Of a DNA stretch of 64,000 nt, positions 1-14,400 are shown piece by piece. Position numbers and translations under genes: made by a program. The first letter of the stretch is position 1. The number at the start of each line of letters is the position of its first letter. A model generated the notes under the pieces. The model was not told the DNA's origin. It made no database searches and saw only the letters and a list, made by a program, of their open reading frames with translations. Source of the stretch: Macrostomum lignano (lineage: Eukaryota); NCBI GenBank assembly GCA_002269645.1, contig NIVC01000977.1:248001-312000 (forward strand). The letters are read 5' to 3'.

Positions 1-1
1 G

Positions 2-391
2 AGGAGCCACGACACGGCATGGAAGTTCTGCTTCAAGTTCGACCAGCGACCGAAACTCGAATTCTTGCCAGGAGCTCTGAGGGAGTGCTTTCCCCTCCGG
101 TTGTCAGGCAGTGCTGACTATTTCTACATGAACTTTGACGCTCTGCTACGGGCGCTGCGGCTCGAGCTGCGGACTGATGGAGAAGCGCGCGCTCAGGACT
201 GGATCCGGGATGTGGCTGAGAGAGAGGACTCGGATGAGCAGGAGCTGCAGGTTGCCTCTTTTTATGCTTCGAATCGGGAGCAGCTTCAGGAAATAATAAA
301 GAAGCTGAAGATGATGGAAGCAGTTCTTCGTGATGGGCTGAAGAAGAGACTGCTGGAAAAATGGCAGTTTTTGAGGGCTGTTTGGCAGTGA
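2..391 (+). CDS. 3' end of a gene running off the window edge, probably the C-terminal tail of a Mab-21/cGAS-like family protein
   Basis: Frame is open from position 2 (RSHDTAWKFCFKFDQRPKLEFLPGALRECFPLRLSGSADYFYMNFDALL...) to TGA at 389-391, GC-rich and coding-like. Family assignment rests on my recollection of flatworm ANK/Mab-21 protein tails and on the neighbouring fragments. Confidence 0.5.
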   Translation, partial: RSHDTAWKFCFKFDQRPKLEFLPGALRECFPLRLSGSADYFYMNFDALLRALRLELRTDGEARAQDWIRDVAEREDSDEQELQVASFYASNREQLQEIIKKLKMMEAVLRDGLKKRLLEKWQFLRAVWQ

Positions 392-2004
392 AAACTGTAG
401 CAAGTTTTTTATAACATAAAAAACTTTTGTGTCCCAGATGACGATGAGCTGGTAATTAATATGCCTTATATAATTTCATCCTTAATAACTTTGACTAGAA
501 GTGTTTTATTTGTGAGCTGGTGGTTAATTAGCTACGAGTATTTTAAGAATTCTAAAGCATTCACTACTGACACAAATTTATTCCTACTACAACCGAGAAT
601 TATTATGAGTGCAAATATGGAACAAGTCACAATTTGCTGTCAAATCTACTGAATGACAACTTGGAGTGCAGAACATCAGCTATGAGCACAACTGAAAGCC
701 AAAGAAAATTTTCTAGGCAATTAATCTGCAACAAAGAATCTGCTCATATTTGAGAGGCTCAAGTGGGCAATATATTTCTATTTTTCCAATGTTGGATTTT
801 GTCGACACCCCGAGAACTTTAATTAGCTCATTAGCATATTTTAGTTTAAGTTTGTTGATTTAAAGTTCCTTTAATGAACAACAATAGCAGTGCCATTGTG
901 GTTACAGTTTAACCATGTTTTAGCCAGAATATGTACATAAATTTCTCAACAATAAAGTTAACCAATTCTGCTTTCCTTTTGCACTCTTATGTTTTAGATC
1001 ATTCCAATTCCTATTCACCTTGCTCTAGTAAAAATATTTAAATAATTCACAAAATTATTGCAAGACTTTTAAATATTTATTTCGCTTTGTTGAAATGTTC
1101 CCATAATCGTTTTCAGCTTCTTTCGTCAATATTTAATTTAATTATTTGTTATTGGTGTCCTGTTACTCACATTCATGAAAATTCCATCTAAGGAAGAAGT
1201 GCACTGTTTGAATTTTACTTTCCATGCTTCATTTAAAAATTAGAGTTTAGTCAGTCAGTGTAAGCCCTCGTTTCCTTTGTTCTGATTAGCTTAATCTCTT
1301 TGGAGTTTACACTTAAGATCGCCTATGGCTGTAATCTCCTTGAACACAATTGAAGACTTGATTTCTTATCCAAACAGAGATATCAGTAACTACGGGGGCG
1401 AAGGCTAGACGGTTAGACTTAGCGGATTACTCTGGTTGCGTTAGAGCATCTGGTCTCCGCTTGTCAACCGTCCAGGTCAAGTTGCCGCCTCGCCTTTGAT
1501 GTCTGTCTGAAATTGATGAGAGCTGCTGTAGCTTTGCCATGCGCTGCGTGCACTATTGTAGGCTCAGTCTATTTGCCCTTTCTATTGTTCTTGTTTTCCC
1601 ATGCCTGCTCTAAGTTTAACTCTTACAGCCCCTATAGGCCTTACTTTTGTAGGCTGAAACTCTAAATTTCTGAGCCATTATCACTTCCCCCTTTTTGAAA
1701 TCCTTGCGTAGCAGCAGGATTTCCATCTTGCCTTCTCCTGGTGTGCGCTGTGACCTTTGTGAAACTAAAATTATCGGGGTTAGAAATTCGCGGCGAAGTG
1801 CAGCTGCGAACTATTGTATTAAAGAAGAGGAAATATTCACCAAGAGGAATAATTGTTATATCAATATTGAATAGTGGCTACAGAAAAATGTAGCCAAGGC
1901 CTTAAAATCAGTCTTGCGTGTTCAATCCTTTGCTTTTCGGAGAGACAGAAGGTAGCGGACAAAACCTAAAAAATATCCGCTATAGTCAGTCAGTCGGTCA
2001 GTCA

Positions 2005-2890
2005 GTCATTCTGGGGCTCCAATGCATTCTGGGACAATCTGGGGCTCCAATGCATTCTGGGCCAATCTGGGGCTCCAATGCATTCTGGGACAATCTGGGG
2101 CTCCAATGCATTCTGGGACAATCTGGGGCTCCAATGCATTCTGGGACAATCTGGGGCTCCAATGCATTCTGGGACAATCTGGGGCTCCAATGCATTCTGG
2201 GACAATCTGGGGCTCCAATGCATTCTGGGCCAATCTGGGGCTTCAATGCATTCTGGGCCAATCTGGGGCTCCAATGCATTCTGGGCCAATCTGGGGCTCC
2301 AATGCATTCTGGGCCAATCTGGGGCTTCAATGCATTCTGGGACAATCTGGGGCTCCAATGCATTCTGGGCCAATCTGGGGCTCCAATGCATTCTGGGACA
2401 ATCTGGGGCTCCAATGCATTCTGGGACAATCTGGGGCTCCAATGCATTCTGGGACAATCTGGGGCTCCAATGCATTCTGGGACAATCTGGGGCTCCAATG
2501 CATTCTGGGCCAATCTGGGGCTCCAATGCATTCTGGGACAATCTGGGGCTCCAATGCATTCTGGGACAATCTGGGGCTCCAATGCATTCTGGGACAATCT
2601 GGGGCTCCAATGCATTCTGGGACAATCTGGGGCTCCAATGCATTCTGGGACAATCTGGGGCTCCAATGCATTCTGGGACAATCTGGGGCTCCAATGCATT
2701 CTGGGACAATCTGGGGCTCCAATGCATTCTGGGACAATCTGGGGCTCCAATGCATTCTGGGCCAATCTGGGGCTCCGTGGATTCTGTGGCTCCAGTGGAT
2801 TCTGGGGCTCCAGTGGATTCTGGGGCTCCAGTGGATTCTGGGGCTCCAGTGCATTCTGGGGCTCCAGTGCATTCTGGGGCTCCAGTGGAT
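2005..2890. repeat. 28-bp minisatellite (TGCATTCTGGGACAATCTGGGGCTCCAA)n followed by an 18-bp derivative (GTGGATTCTGGGGCTCCA)n
   Basis: Tandem units read directly; they explain the overlapping ORFs at 1918-3095. Confidence 0.95.
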
Positions 2891-4110
2891 TCCTGGAACT
2901 GCAGATGGGCGTCAAAAACCCCGGCGGCAAAAAAACTGCATGGCGCGAGAATCTTATAAAGTGGAGCACAGAAAATTGCAGGTCAATTTCATGTACCCGA
3001 TTCTATCTCTACTTCCATTGCGCATATATTTGTCGAATCTTGGTAATGGAAATTTTTCAGTACTTTTAATTACAAGCAGCTTTCAAAGTTTTTAAACATT
3101 CAATTTTATATTCCAAAATCGACTGTGATGGGGCTTTTAGGACAGACTTGGCCACTGCCTCCATAATCCCATCAATTCTATCTGCATTCTTCCCAAAGAA
3201 ATCTGGGAAAAAAAGCGTCCACTTAGTTCGAAAATCCTCCAACAATATAATTTTACTCGCGGATTGCTTAATTCCCCAATAAATGACTTTTACAAAAATT
3301 TACATCGAAAAATTAGAATAAAAAAATTGCCAGCTGTTTCACAAGATTCCCACTATGAACGTCACGGGCCTCATTGCAAATCCAGAAAAAAAGAATTTCT
3401 TGGCCAAAAATTCATAAGTTCCCGCGCAGGCAACGCATAGGTAAGTCTGGTACCGTGAGCTGAGCTGGTCTGTCCCCCGCATTCAGTGAGTCATCTGGAA
3501 CAAAATCTTTGATTTTCCCGCAGCTCTCCAACGCATGCTAGAAAAAATCTGCAGCTCTGGGCTCATGCAGCTGCTGCAGTGCTCACTTCTCTCTGCCTGC
3601 ACACACAGCTCCCCACACACTCTTGTTGCAGCCCCCCAATAAACCTTGCAAACTTAATTCTGCTCCTATTTTCAGAATATTCTCAACGTCTGAGCATTTT
3701 ATTTTGTCAGCACGAGAAAAAACCGGATCATAAACTAAATTGCGAAGCATCTGCTCAAGAAAAAGTGAGGCTGCCATAAAGCTGACTCAGCCGGAAAAAA
3801 GTCACTGTGTTTCCATTTTTTCTCTTGTGAGAAATCTCTTGCTATTTCCTTTTCTTTCTGTTTCCCTTCTCGCAAGCCAGTCTATAGTCGGTATATAAGC
3901 TTCAGATGCACGCAAAGGTCAATAGAATCAAATGGGAAAACGTCTTGTCTATGGCTTAAAGTGGCCGAGAATTTGCTTTGGTCACGGAGGAAATTCCGTG
4001 CAACTTTGAAGTCCCGTGTGCCTCGACCTCTTCATTCAAATGTCGTTTATAAGTTTCATTGTCAAACGATTTCGCTTTTGTTTTTACCATAGAAGCGTGC
4101 GGCAACGCAG

Positions 4111-5188
<1,078 letters not shown>

Positions 5189-5371
5189 AGCAAGCAGTCA
5201 GTAAAAGTATTAAGTTGAAAGATTTTTTAGCTAAGTCAACCACCCTTTTCCGATTTCATTGGGAAAATACAGATAAAACTAACGGGAGTCAGTGAAAAAT
5301 TCTGTCCTAAAAGGCCTCTCATAGCAACTGCTAGTATCGCATTGAGTATTTTGTATCTTTTAGTTTGTGTC

Positions 5372-6280
5372 TTATTTATTAGTTTGAGTCTTGTATAGCA
5401 GTTTGTGTCTTATTTAGTAGTTTGTGTCCTATTCAGTAGTTTGTGTCTTATTTCAGTAGTTTGTGTCTTATTTTAGTAGTTTGTGTCTTCTTTAGTAGTT
5501 TGTGTCTCATTTAGTAGTTTATGTCTTATTTAGTAGTTTGTGTCTTATTTAGTAGTTTGTGTCTCATTCAGTAGTTTTTGTCTTATTTTAGTAGTTTGTG
5601 TCTTATTTAGTAGTTTGTGTCTCATTTAGTAGTTTATGTCTTATTTAGTAGTTTGAGTCTTTTTTAGTAGTTTGTGTCTTATTTAGTAGTTTGTGTCTTA
5701 TTTAGTAGTTTGTGTCTTATTTAGTAGTTTGTGTCTCATTTAGTAGTTTATGTCTTATTTAGTAGTTTGTGTCTTATTTAGTAGTTTGTGTCTCATTCAG
5801 TAGTTTTTGTCTTATTTTAGTAGTTTGTGTCTTATTTAGTAGTTTGTGTCTCATTTAGTAGTTTATGTCTTATTTAGTAGTTTGAGTCTTTTTTAGTAGT
5901 TTGTGTCTTATTTTAGTAGTTTGTGTCTTATTTAGTAGTTTGTGTCTCATTTAGTAGTTTGTGTCTTATTTAGTAGTTTGTGTCTTATTTATTAGTTTGT
6001 ATCGTATTTAGTAGTTTGTGTCTTATATAGTAGTTTGTGTCTTGTATAGTAGTTTGTGTCTTGTATAGTAGTTTGTGTCTTATTTAGTAGTTTGTGTCTT
6101 ATTTAGTAGTTTGTGTCTCATTTAGTAGTTTGTGTCTTATTTAGTAGTTTGTGTCTTATTTATTAGTTTGTATCGTATTTAGTAGTTTGTGTCTTATATA
6201 GTAGTTCGTGTCTTGTATAGTAGTTTGTGTCTTGTATAGTAGTTTGTGTCTTATTTAGTAGTTTGTGTCTTATTTGTGTC
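5372..6280. repeat. ~19-bp minisatellite (TTAGTAGTTTGTGTCTTAT)n
   Basis: Tandem units read directly. Confidence 0.95.
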
Positions 6281-6288
6281 TTTTGTAG

Positions 6289-6495
6289 CAGTGGAAGAAG
6301 GAGAACCTCGTGAGTCTCACGAGACAGTCGCTGCAGATGCTGCTCGACTGTGTGGAGAAGAGCCGAGAGCAGGCCAGACAAACACCTGACACACCTGACC
6401 GATCTCGGGGTCGCATCATGAATCATTTCTTTCTCAGCGATGCGGCCATCTACCTCAAGGGTGCGGACAAGGAGAGAGTGGACCAGCATTTGGAC
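6289..6495 (+). pseudogene. Orphan exon fragment of a Mab-21/cGAS-like C-terminal helical domain
   Basis: Acceptor TTTTGTAG at 6281-6288, then QWKKENLVSLTRQSLQMLLDCVEK...GRIMNHFFLSDAAIYLKG, matching the WxxENL...LxxLLxC...HFF pattern of Mab-21 C-termini. Coding-like character fades after ~6495 and no upstream partner exon is seen. Confidence 0.6.
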
Positions 6496-7449
6496 AGGCG
6501 CGTCATGAGCACAAATGTTCTCACAAGTACTACTAACAGTAAAGACTCAATTCGGCAGATGTTTTTTGCTATTTCACTATCGAGGTATCTGCTATCGATA
6601 TGCGTAGGTTTTACTGCTGTCTACCCGGTGTTAAACATTGATTCCGGAGGCCTCAGACAGCTCCAGACGCATCTCATGAAGACTGACAAACCTCGAGTGA
6701 AGAGAATGCGAGCATAAAATTTTTATCGTTAATGCCTAGCATTTTGAGCACTCCTTGTGTGACTTTACAAATAGAGTCCGGCATCAAAGGAACAGCGAGT
6801 CCTTTAGGTCCTTTCCACCCTGACAATGGGACCACCAAGTATTTTCTTTGGAAAAGCTATCTTATGGTTTAAACTACGGCTCTGAATAAGTAAAAGTACG
6901 AGTTTTTGTTTAATAATTTTGAATGTACTTTACAGTATTTTCTTATTAGCCTGTTTTTCGTTTGATGTAGGCCGACAACACCGTAACACCGCAGCTCCCC
7001 AATTTACAGATTGGGGCGAGAAAGTTTTTTCGCAGCTGTGGTTTTATACATAGTACTGTCAGTAACAAGCAAAGACTTGTAGGCAAACATGCGGACCATT
7101 GCAGCTGAAGCATTGTTCGGATGATTTGCGTTTTCACATCTTTAACTTATTCACAGGGCCTGCAACCTAAATATACCCATGACTTATGAGTACAAAAGTT
7201 AAATTCTTCATATGGAAGAGAAGGGCAGGGAGAGCCAACTCAAAATTCCAAACTATCCATTGCATTTCAGTTTTGTCAACGAAGAAAAAGTCAAACTTTT
7301 CTTTTGGTTATTTTAGTTTTTTTCTGCAAGCTGAAATTAAAGTTTTTCTAAAGCAACAACTATTGCGCGAAGAGATTTGCATTTGAAATGATTTTTTGTG
7401 ATGACAGCAAGAATAATTTTATGTCATTCATCTGAGTAGAAACGATTGA

Positions 7450-7814
7450 CTGCATGACTGAGTGCATGGCTGAGTGCATGACTGAGTGCATGACTGAGTG
7501 CATGACTGAGTGCATGACTGAGTGCATGACTGAGTGCATGACTGAGTACATGACTGAGTGCAGAACTGACTGCATGACTGAGTGCATGAATGAGTGCATG
7601 ACTGAGTGCATGACTGAGTGCATGACTGACTGCATGGCTGACTGCATGGCTGAGTGCATGACTGAGTGCATGACTGAGTACATGACTGAGTGCAGAACTG
7701 ACTGCATGACTGAGTGCATGAATGAGTGCATGATTGAGTGCATGACTGACTGCATGACTGACTGCATGGCTGAGTGCATGACTGAGTGCATGACTGAGTG
7801 CAGAACTGACTGCA
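7450..7814. repeat. 12-bp minisatellite (TGCATGACTGAG)n
   Basis: Tandem units read directly. Confidence 0.95.
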
Positions 7815-7974
7815 TTTCATTTCTGTCTCTCTTTTCCTCTTTCAATTCCCAATGCATTTTCTCTACAAGTTTTAGGGTCTTTAACTCACTTAAAAAATAA
7901 CACAGACATCACTGATGCAATCAAAGGGAAACTAGGAAGTGGGTTTTAATCAATTCTTATTCAAAATTCTTTAG

Positions 7975-10348
7975 CAGGGAAGAGGAAAGGATAAAAAGGG
8001 AGAGGAAAGGATAGAAAGGGAGAGGAAGGGATAGAAAGGGAGACGAAAGGATAGAAAGGGAGAGGAAAGGATAGAAAGGGAGAGGAAAGGATAGAAAGGG
8101 AGACGAAAGGATAGAAAGGGAGAGGAAGGGATAGAGAGGGAGAGCAAGGGATAGAGAGGGAGAGGAAGGGATAGAGAGGGAGAGCAAGGGATAGAGAGGG
8201 AGAGGAAGGGATAGAGAGGGAGAATAAGGGATAGAGAGGGAGAGGAAGGGATAGAGAGGGAGAATAAGGGATAGAGAGGGAGAGGAAGGGATAGAGAGGG
8301 AGAGGAAGGGATAGAGAGGGAGAGGAAGGGATAGAGAGGGAGAATAAGGGATAGAGAGGGAGAGGAAGGGATAGAGAGGGAGAATAAGGTGATGTGTTCC
8401 TTATTACCCGACTTTTGGTAATCAAGGAACACTCACTTCTAGCTCAGTAGCTAGGCAACCCAGTACGTCAACAGAAGGTATTCAATTACCTTGAGTCCTT
8501 AACTGAGAGCTCTCGTCAATACTCCTTATTCGTTGATCTCGTTATCAGTAGCGTTCCTGTCCTTCAGGAATTCCGGGCGCCGGTCAACAGTTGATCTGGT
8601 CCGCTCTTGCAATTGTCTCCTTGACTTCTTGCCGGCCGGTTATCTGTAGTTCGGACCAATCGGAAGCTTCCAAATTAACAATGGGTACCCTGCGCCAAAC
8701 TGCGGTTTAATATAAGCCTACTCCTTCTAGTAGTGCCTCTATGCACTCTAGGTATGGCTCCGGAAACCACTGATAGTCTTCTAAGATCTATCAGGGGCAG
8801 TCCTTCTGGAGACTGCAACCAGTAGAGTCTAAACAGACTCAGGAGTCTCAACAGACTCACAAATAACCTCAAGTCACTCTTAGACTTGAGCGAGACGTCT
8901 CAACCAACAGGCGCAAATGAGTAAGGCTTACCACAAGAACTCGACCACGTCTTCGAGTTGCTTCAGGAAGTCTGCTGCAGAGCTTCCTCTTCGGAGCTTT
9001 CTCTCTCGGAGAATTGTGGCTCCGGGTCCGTTCCGGACCACTTGTATTTATAGGCAAATGGACCCCCATGAGGTCACGTGGGTCCAACTCTTCAACTGTC
9101 AAAAAGGTCACGGTTTGGTTGCTGTCAAACATGGCAGGGTAGAAAGTTACTCCATTGGTTTAGTGTAAAAGCGCGTGATTTGTCATCGCATTCGAGTTAT
9201 TTTTAGTCACATTTGATTGGTTCACGTGCGTACGGTTGAATGATGCATCTTTCCTGGGGTTTGCGTTCGACAAGTACAGGTCACACGTGATTGGGTGATT
9301 TCTAAATTTAGCATGCTCAAGGTCTCTCTCTTTCTATTGGTTAGTCAGAATATACTTATAATTCAAAGCATACCTTTATTCATGCTCTTCAACTTACTAC
9401 TGAATAAAATGTGTGAGTAGTACGTTAACACTTTTATGTCTTTTTTACGGGAGGTAGAACACTCTACAAAGGGATAGAGAGGGAGACGAAAGGATAGAAA
9501 GGGAGAGGAAGGGATAGAGAGGGAGAGGAAGGGATAGAGAGGGAGAGGAAGGGATAGAGAGGGAGAGGAAGGGATAGAGAGGGAGAGGAAGGGATAGAGA
9601 GGGAGAATAAGGGATAGAGAGGGAGAATAAGGGATAGAGAGGGAGAGGAAGGGATAGAGAGGGAGAGGAAGGGATAGAGAGGGAGAGGAAGGGATAGAGA
9701 GGGAGACGAAAGGATAGAAAGGGAGAGGAAGGGATAGAGAGGGAGAGGAAAGGATAGAGAGGGAGAGGAAGGGATAGAGAGGGAGATGAAAGGATAGAAA
9801 GAGAGACGAAAGGATAGAAAGGGAGAGGAAGGGATAGAGAGGGAGAGGAAAGGATAGAAAGGGAGACGAAAGGATAGAAAGGGAGAGGAAGGGATAGAGA
9901 GGGAGAGGAAGGGATAGAGAGGGAGAGGAAGGGATAGAGAGGGAGAGCAAGGGATAGAGAGGGAGAGGAAGGGATAGAGAGGGAGAATAAGGGATAGAGA
10001 GGGAGAATAAGGGATAGAGAGGGAGAGGAAGGGATAGAGAGGGAGAGGAAGGGATAGAGAGGGAGAGGAAGGGATAGAGAGGGAGACGAAAGGATAGAAA
10101 GGGAGAGGAAGGGATAGAGAGGGAGAGGAAAGGATAGAGAGGGAGAGGAAGGGATAGAGAGGGAGATGAAAGGATAGAAAGAGAGACGAAAGGATAGAAA
10201 GGGAGAGGAAAGGATAGAGAGGGAGAGGAAAGGATAGAAAGGGAGACGAAAGGATAGAAAGGGAGAGGAAGGGATAGAGAGGGAGAGGAAGGGATAGAGA
10301 GGGAGAGGAAGGGATAGAGAGGGAGAGCAAGGGATAGAGAGGGAGAAC
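7975..10348 (+). repeat. 20-bp polypurine minisatellite (GGGATAGAGAGGGAGAGGAA)n, split by a solo LTR
   Basis: Arrays at 7975-8389 and 9469-10348. Confidence 0.95.
8390..9468 (-). mobile_element. Probable solo LTR (1079 bp)
   Basis: TG at 8390 and CA at 9467-9468, flanked by a 4-bp direct repeat AAGG (8386-8389, 9469-9472) whose removal restores the array unit. TATAAATA on the minus strand near 9045-9052. Confidence 0.65.
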
Positions 10349-10352
10349 AAGC

Positions 10353-11345
10353 TGTGATAACTTTGATAACTGAGGCAATAGTGTTGAATTGTAGGAGTGA
10401 GAAAAGTGCTCGCTTGAGAGCCTGGCTGACTTTATTTATTTTGTGTAGTAATGAGGTGGTTGGTGCAGAGAGATACCAGCGCGCATGGGGTGGTGTTGAG
10501 CAGAATTTACTAAGTCGGTAAATAACAATCGCACTGCTGGTGAGTCAACATAAACTATTACAAAGTGCATCGTGTCACTATGTCACATCTCCCACATTAG
10601 TTTGCGCCCTCACTGCAGCATCAATCTGTCAGGTGGTGCTCAAACTCGATTCGGGTAGCGCCGGGGTGTCTCGTTAGCAGATTCAGCCATGTCTGCCTGG
10701 TACCTCGCAGTCCTCGGCCGGGGTTATGCAGCTGTCCGATTCGGCCAATCCAGCGGGGGCGGTCAGCAGCTGCTCAGCGTGTCGCGCTTGTACGCCGCGT
10801 CCGGAATCGACTGTGCAGTTGCGAGTGCCGGCATTAAGGATGACACCTTCGGCCCAGCGACTGCTTTCTCCCGCCGCACGAGCAGCAGTGCTGAAATCGC
10901 GGTAGAGCACGTAATCTCCAGGCTGGAACTGGCGCGCTGGCCGCTGCTGCTCAAGCTGATGCTGCTGTCGCTGTTGCATGGCCGAAGTCAACGATGGTGT
11001 AAGGAGGTCCAGCCGGCTGCGCAGCCGGCGGCCAATGAGCAGCTGACTCGGCGCGGTGCCACTGACCCTGTGCGGAGCGTTGCGGTAGCCCATCAGCAGT
11101 CGTTGAAGTTGCTCGTCGGGGTGACCGCACTTACTCAGATGCCGCTTCAGCACCTGGACGAAGCGCTCGGCCTGGCCATGGTTGCCGGGTGGAATGGCGC
11201 CGAAAAGATGTGGCGGATACCGTTGGAACTGACGAACTCAGCAAACTCGGCTGAAGCAAATTGAGGCCCGTTGTCCGACACCAATGTCTTTGGTAGGCCG
11301 AGACGAGCGAATATTTCTCGCAGGCAGTTGTTGATTGAGTTGAAC
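10353..11345 (-). mobile_element. 5'-truncated Ty3/Gypsy retrotransposon: frameshifted integrase, polypurine tract and 3' LTR
   Basis: Integrase core LVSDNGPQFASAEF...SAPFHPAT/NGQAERFV with a 1-nt deletion near 11178, then GYRNAPH..SGTAPSQLLIGRRLRS. PPT GTGGGAGA abuts an LTR at 10353-10587 with TGTGA...TCACA termini and AATAAA near 10432-10440. Confidence 0.85.
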
Positions 11346-11486
11346 GGCACCCAAACCCCATTTGTTTCAATTGGACGGTGGCAGCGCTGCCAATGGCAGA
11401 CAATTGTGACGCAAATGAGCAAAAATAGATAAATGCTAGCAAAATGCGGCGCTCTCCGCATTCCACAGCACCGATACCGAGCCGAA

Positions 11487-14400
11487 ATGGAAGCTCTTTG
11501 GAGAATCCTGACAGCGATTGCAGCAGTTCTGATGCAGACCTTCGGCAGGCCCGCAGGCCAAAGCGAGGACCTTGATGGCACTGAGCAGGAGATCCTGAAA
11601 GCTATTGTGTTCGAAAATGAAACAAAAATTTCACAATACCTTCAGAATCCTTCTAACGCTGATAGGCTCTTCAGTATCAATGAGATAACATTGTCACCGC
11701 TTTACTTTGCATGTGAAATTGGAAAGCTCAAAATTGTCGAGATGCTCATTCAAGCCCAAGCTGACGTCAATCTTCAACGAAACACTGGCGAGTCACCTCT
11801 TTATATTGCATCACAGAATGGTCACCATCAAGTTGTGAGCTCACTCCTCAAAGCACAAGCTGACGTCAATATTCAAGAAGTCGATGGCTGCTCACCTCTG
11901 TACATTGCATCACAGAATTGTCACCACCAAGTTGTGAGCTCACTCATCAAAGCACATGCTGACGTCAATCTTCAACGAAACACTGGCGAGTCACCTCTCT
12001 ACATTGCATCATGGAATGGTCACCACCAAGTTGTGAGCTCACTAATCAAAGCACAAGCTGACGTAAATCTTCAAAAAGTCGATGGCGGCTCACCTCTCTA
12101 CATTGCATCACAGAATGGTCACCACCAAGTTGTGAGCTCACTCATCAAAACACAAGCTGACGTCAATCTTCAACAAAACACTGGCGAGTCACCTCTCTTC
12201 ATTGCATCAGGGAGGGGTCACCACCAAGTTGTGATCAAACTCATCAATGCACAAGCTGACGTCAATCTTCAACAAATTCAAGGTGGTTCACCTCTTTACA
12301 TTGCATCACAGAATGGTCACCACCAAGTTGTGAGCTCACTCATCAAAGCACATGCTGACGTCAATCTTCAACGAAACACTGATGAATCACCTCTCTACAT
12401 TGCATCACAGAATGGTCACCACCAAGTTGTGAGCTCACTCATCAAAGCACAAGCTGACGCCAATCTTCAGGAAAATATTCATGGCTGTTCACCTCTCTTC
12501 ATTGCATCAGGGAATTGTAATAACCAAGTTGTGATGTCACTCATCAAAGCACAAGCAGACGTCAATCTTCAACGAAACACTGGCGAGTCATCTCTTTACA
12601 TTGCATCACAGCAAGGCCATCACCAGGTTGTGAGCTCACTAATCAAAGCACAAGCTGACGTAAATCTTCAAAAAGTCGATGGCGGCTCACCTCTCTACAT
12701 TGCATCACAGAATTGTCACCACCAAGTTGTGAGCTCACTCATCAAAACACAAGCTGACGTCAATCTTCAACAAAACACTGGCGAGTCACCTCTCTTCATT
12801 GCATCAGGGAGGGGTCACCACCAAGTTGTGATCAAACTCATCAATGCACAAGCTGACGTCAATCTTCAACAAATTCAAGGTGGTTCACCTCTTTACATTG
12901 CATCACAGAATGGTCACCACCAAGTTGTGAGCTCACTCATCAAAGCACATGTTGACGTCAATCTTCAACGAAACACTGGTGAATCACCTCTCTACATTGC
13001 ATCACAGAATGGTCACCACCAAGTTGTGAGCTCACTCATCAAAGCACAAGCTGACGCCAATCTTCAGGAAAATATTCATGGCTGTTCACCTCTCTTCATT
13101 GCATCAGGGAATTGTAATAACCAAGTTGTGATGTCACTCATCAAAGCACAAGCAGACGTCAATCTTCAACGAAACACTGGTGAATCACCTCTCTACATTG
13201 CATCACAGAATGGTCACCACCAAGTTGTGAGCTCACTCATCAAAGCACAAGCTGACGCCAATCTTCAGGAAAATATTCATGGCTGTTCACCTCTCTTCAT
13301 TGCATCAGGGAATTGTAATAACCAAGTTGTGATGTCACTCATCAAAGCACAAGCAGACGTCAATCTTCAACGAAACACTGGCGAGTCATCTCTTTACATT
13401 GCATCACAGCAAGGCCATCACCAGGTTGTGAGCTCACTAATCAAAGCACAAGCTGACGTAAATCTTCAAGAAGTCGATGGCTGCTCACCTCTGTACATTG
13501 CATCACAGAATTGTCACCACCAAGTTGTGAGCTCACTCATCAAAGCACATGCTGACGTCAATCTTCAACGAAACACTGGCGAGTCACCTCTCTACATTGC
13601 ATCATGGAATGGTCACCACCAAGTTGTGAGCTCACTAATCAAAGCACAAGCTGACGTAAATCTTCAAAAAGTCGATGGCGGCTCACCTCTCTACATTGCA
13701 TCACAGAATGGTCACCACCAAGTTGTGAGCTCACTCATCAAAACACAAGCTGACGTCAATCTTCAACAAAACACTGGCGAGTCACCTCTCTTCATTGCAT
13801 CAGGGAGGGGTCACCACCAAGTTGTGATCAAACTCATCAATGCACAAGCTGACGTCAATCTTCAACAAATTCAAGGTGGTTCACCTCTTTACATTGCATC
13901 ACAGAATGGTCACCACCAAGTTGTGAGCTCACTCATCAAAGCACATGCTGACGTCAATCTTCAACGAAACACTGGTGAATCACCTCTCTACATTGCATCA
14001 CAGAATGGTCACCACCAAGTTGTGAGCTCACTCATCAAAGCACAAGCTGACGCCAATCTTCAGGAAAATATTCATGGCTGTTCACCTCTCTTCATTGCAT
14101 CAGGGAATTGTAATAACCAAGTTGTGATGTCACTCATCAAAGCACAAGCAGACGTCAATCTTCAACGAAACACTGGTGAATCACCTCTCTACATTGCATC
14201 ACAGAATGGTCACCACCAAGTTGTGAGCTCACTCATCAAAGCACAAGCTGACGTAAATCTTCAAAAAGTCGATGGCGGCTCACCTCTCTACATTGCATCA
14301 CAGAATGGTCACCACCAAGTTGTGAGCTCACTCATCAAAACACAAGCTGACGTCAATCTTCAACAAAACACTGGCGAGTCACCTCTCTTCATTGCATCAG

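Noticed and set aside
1918-3095. Several 180-380 aa ORFs on both strands
   Set aside because: Translations of a stop-poor 28-bp minisatellite, open in many frames.
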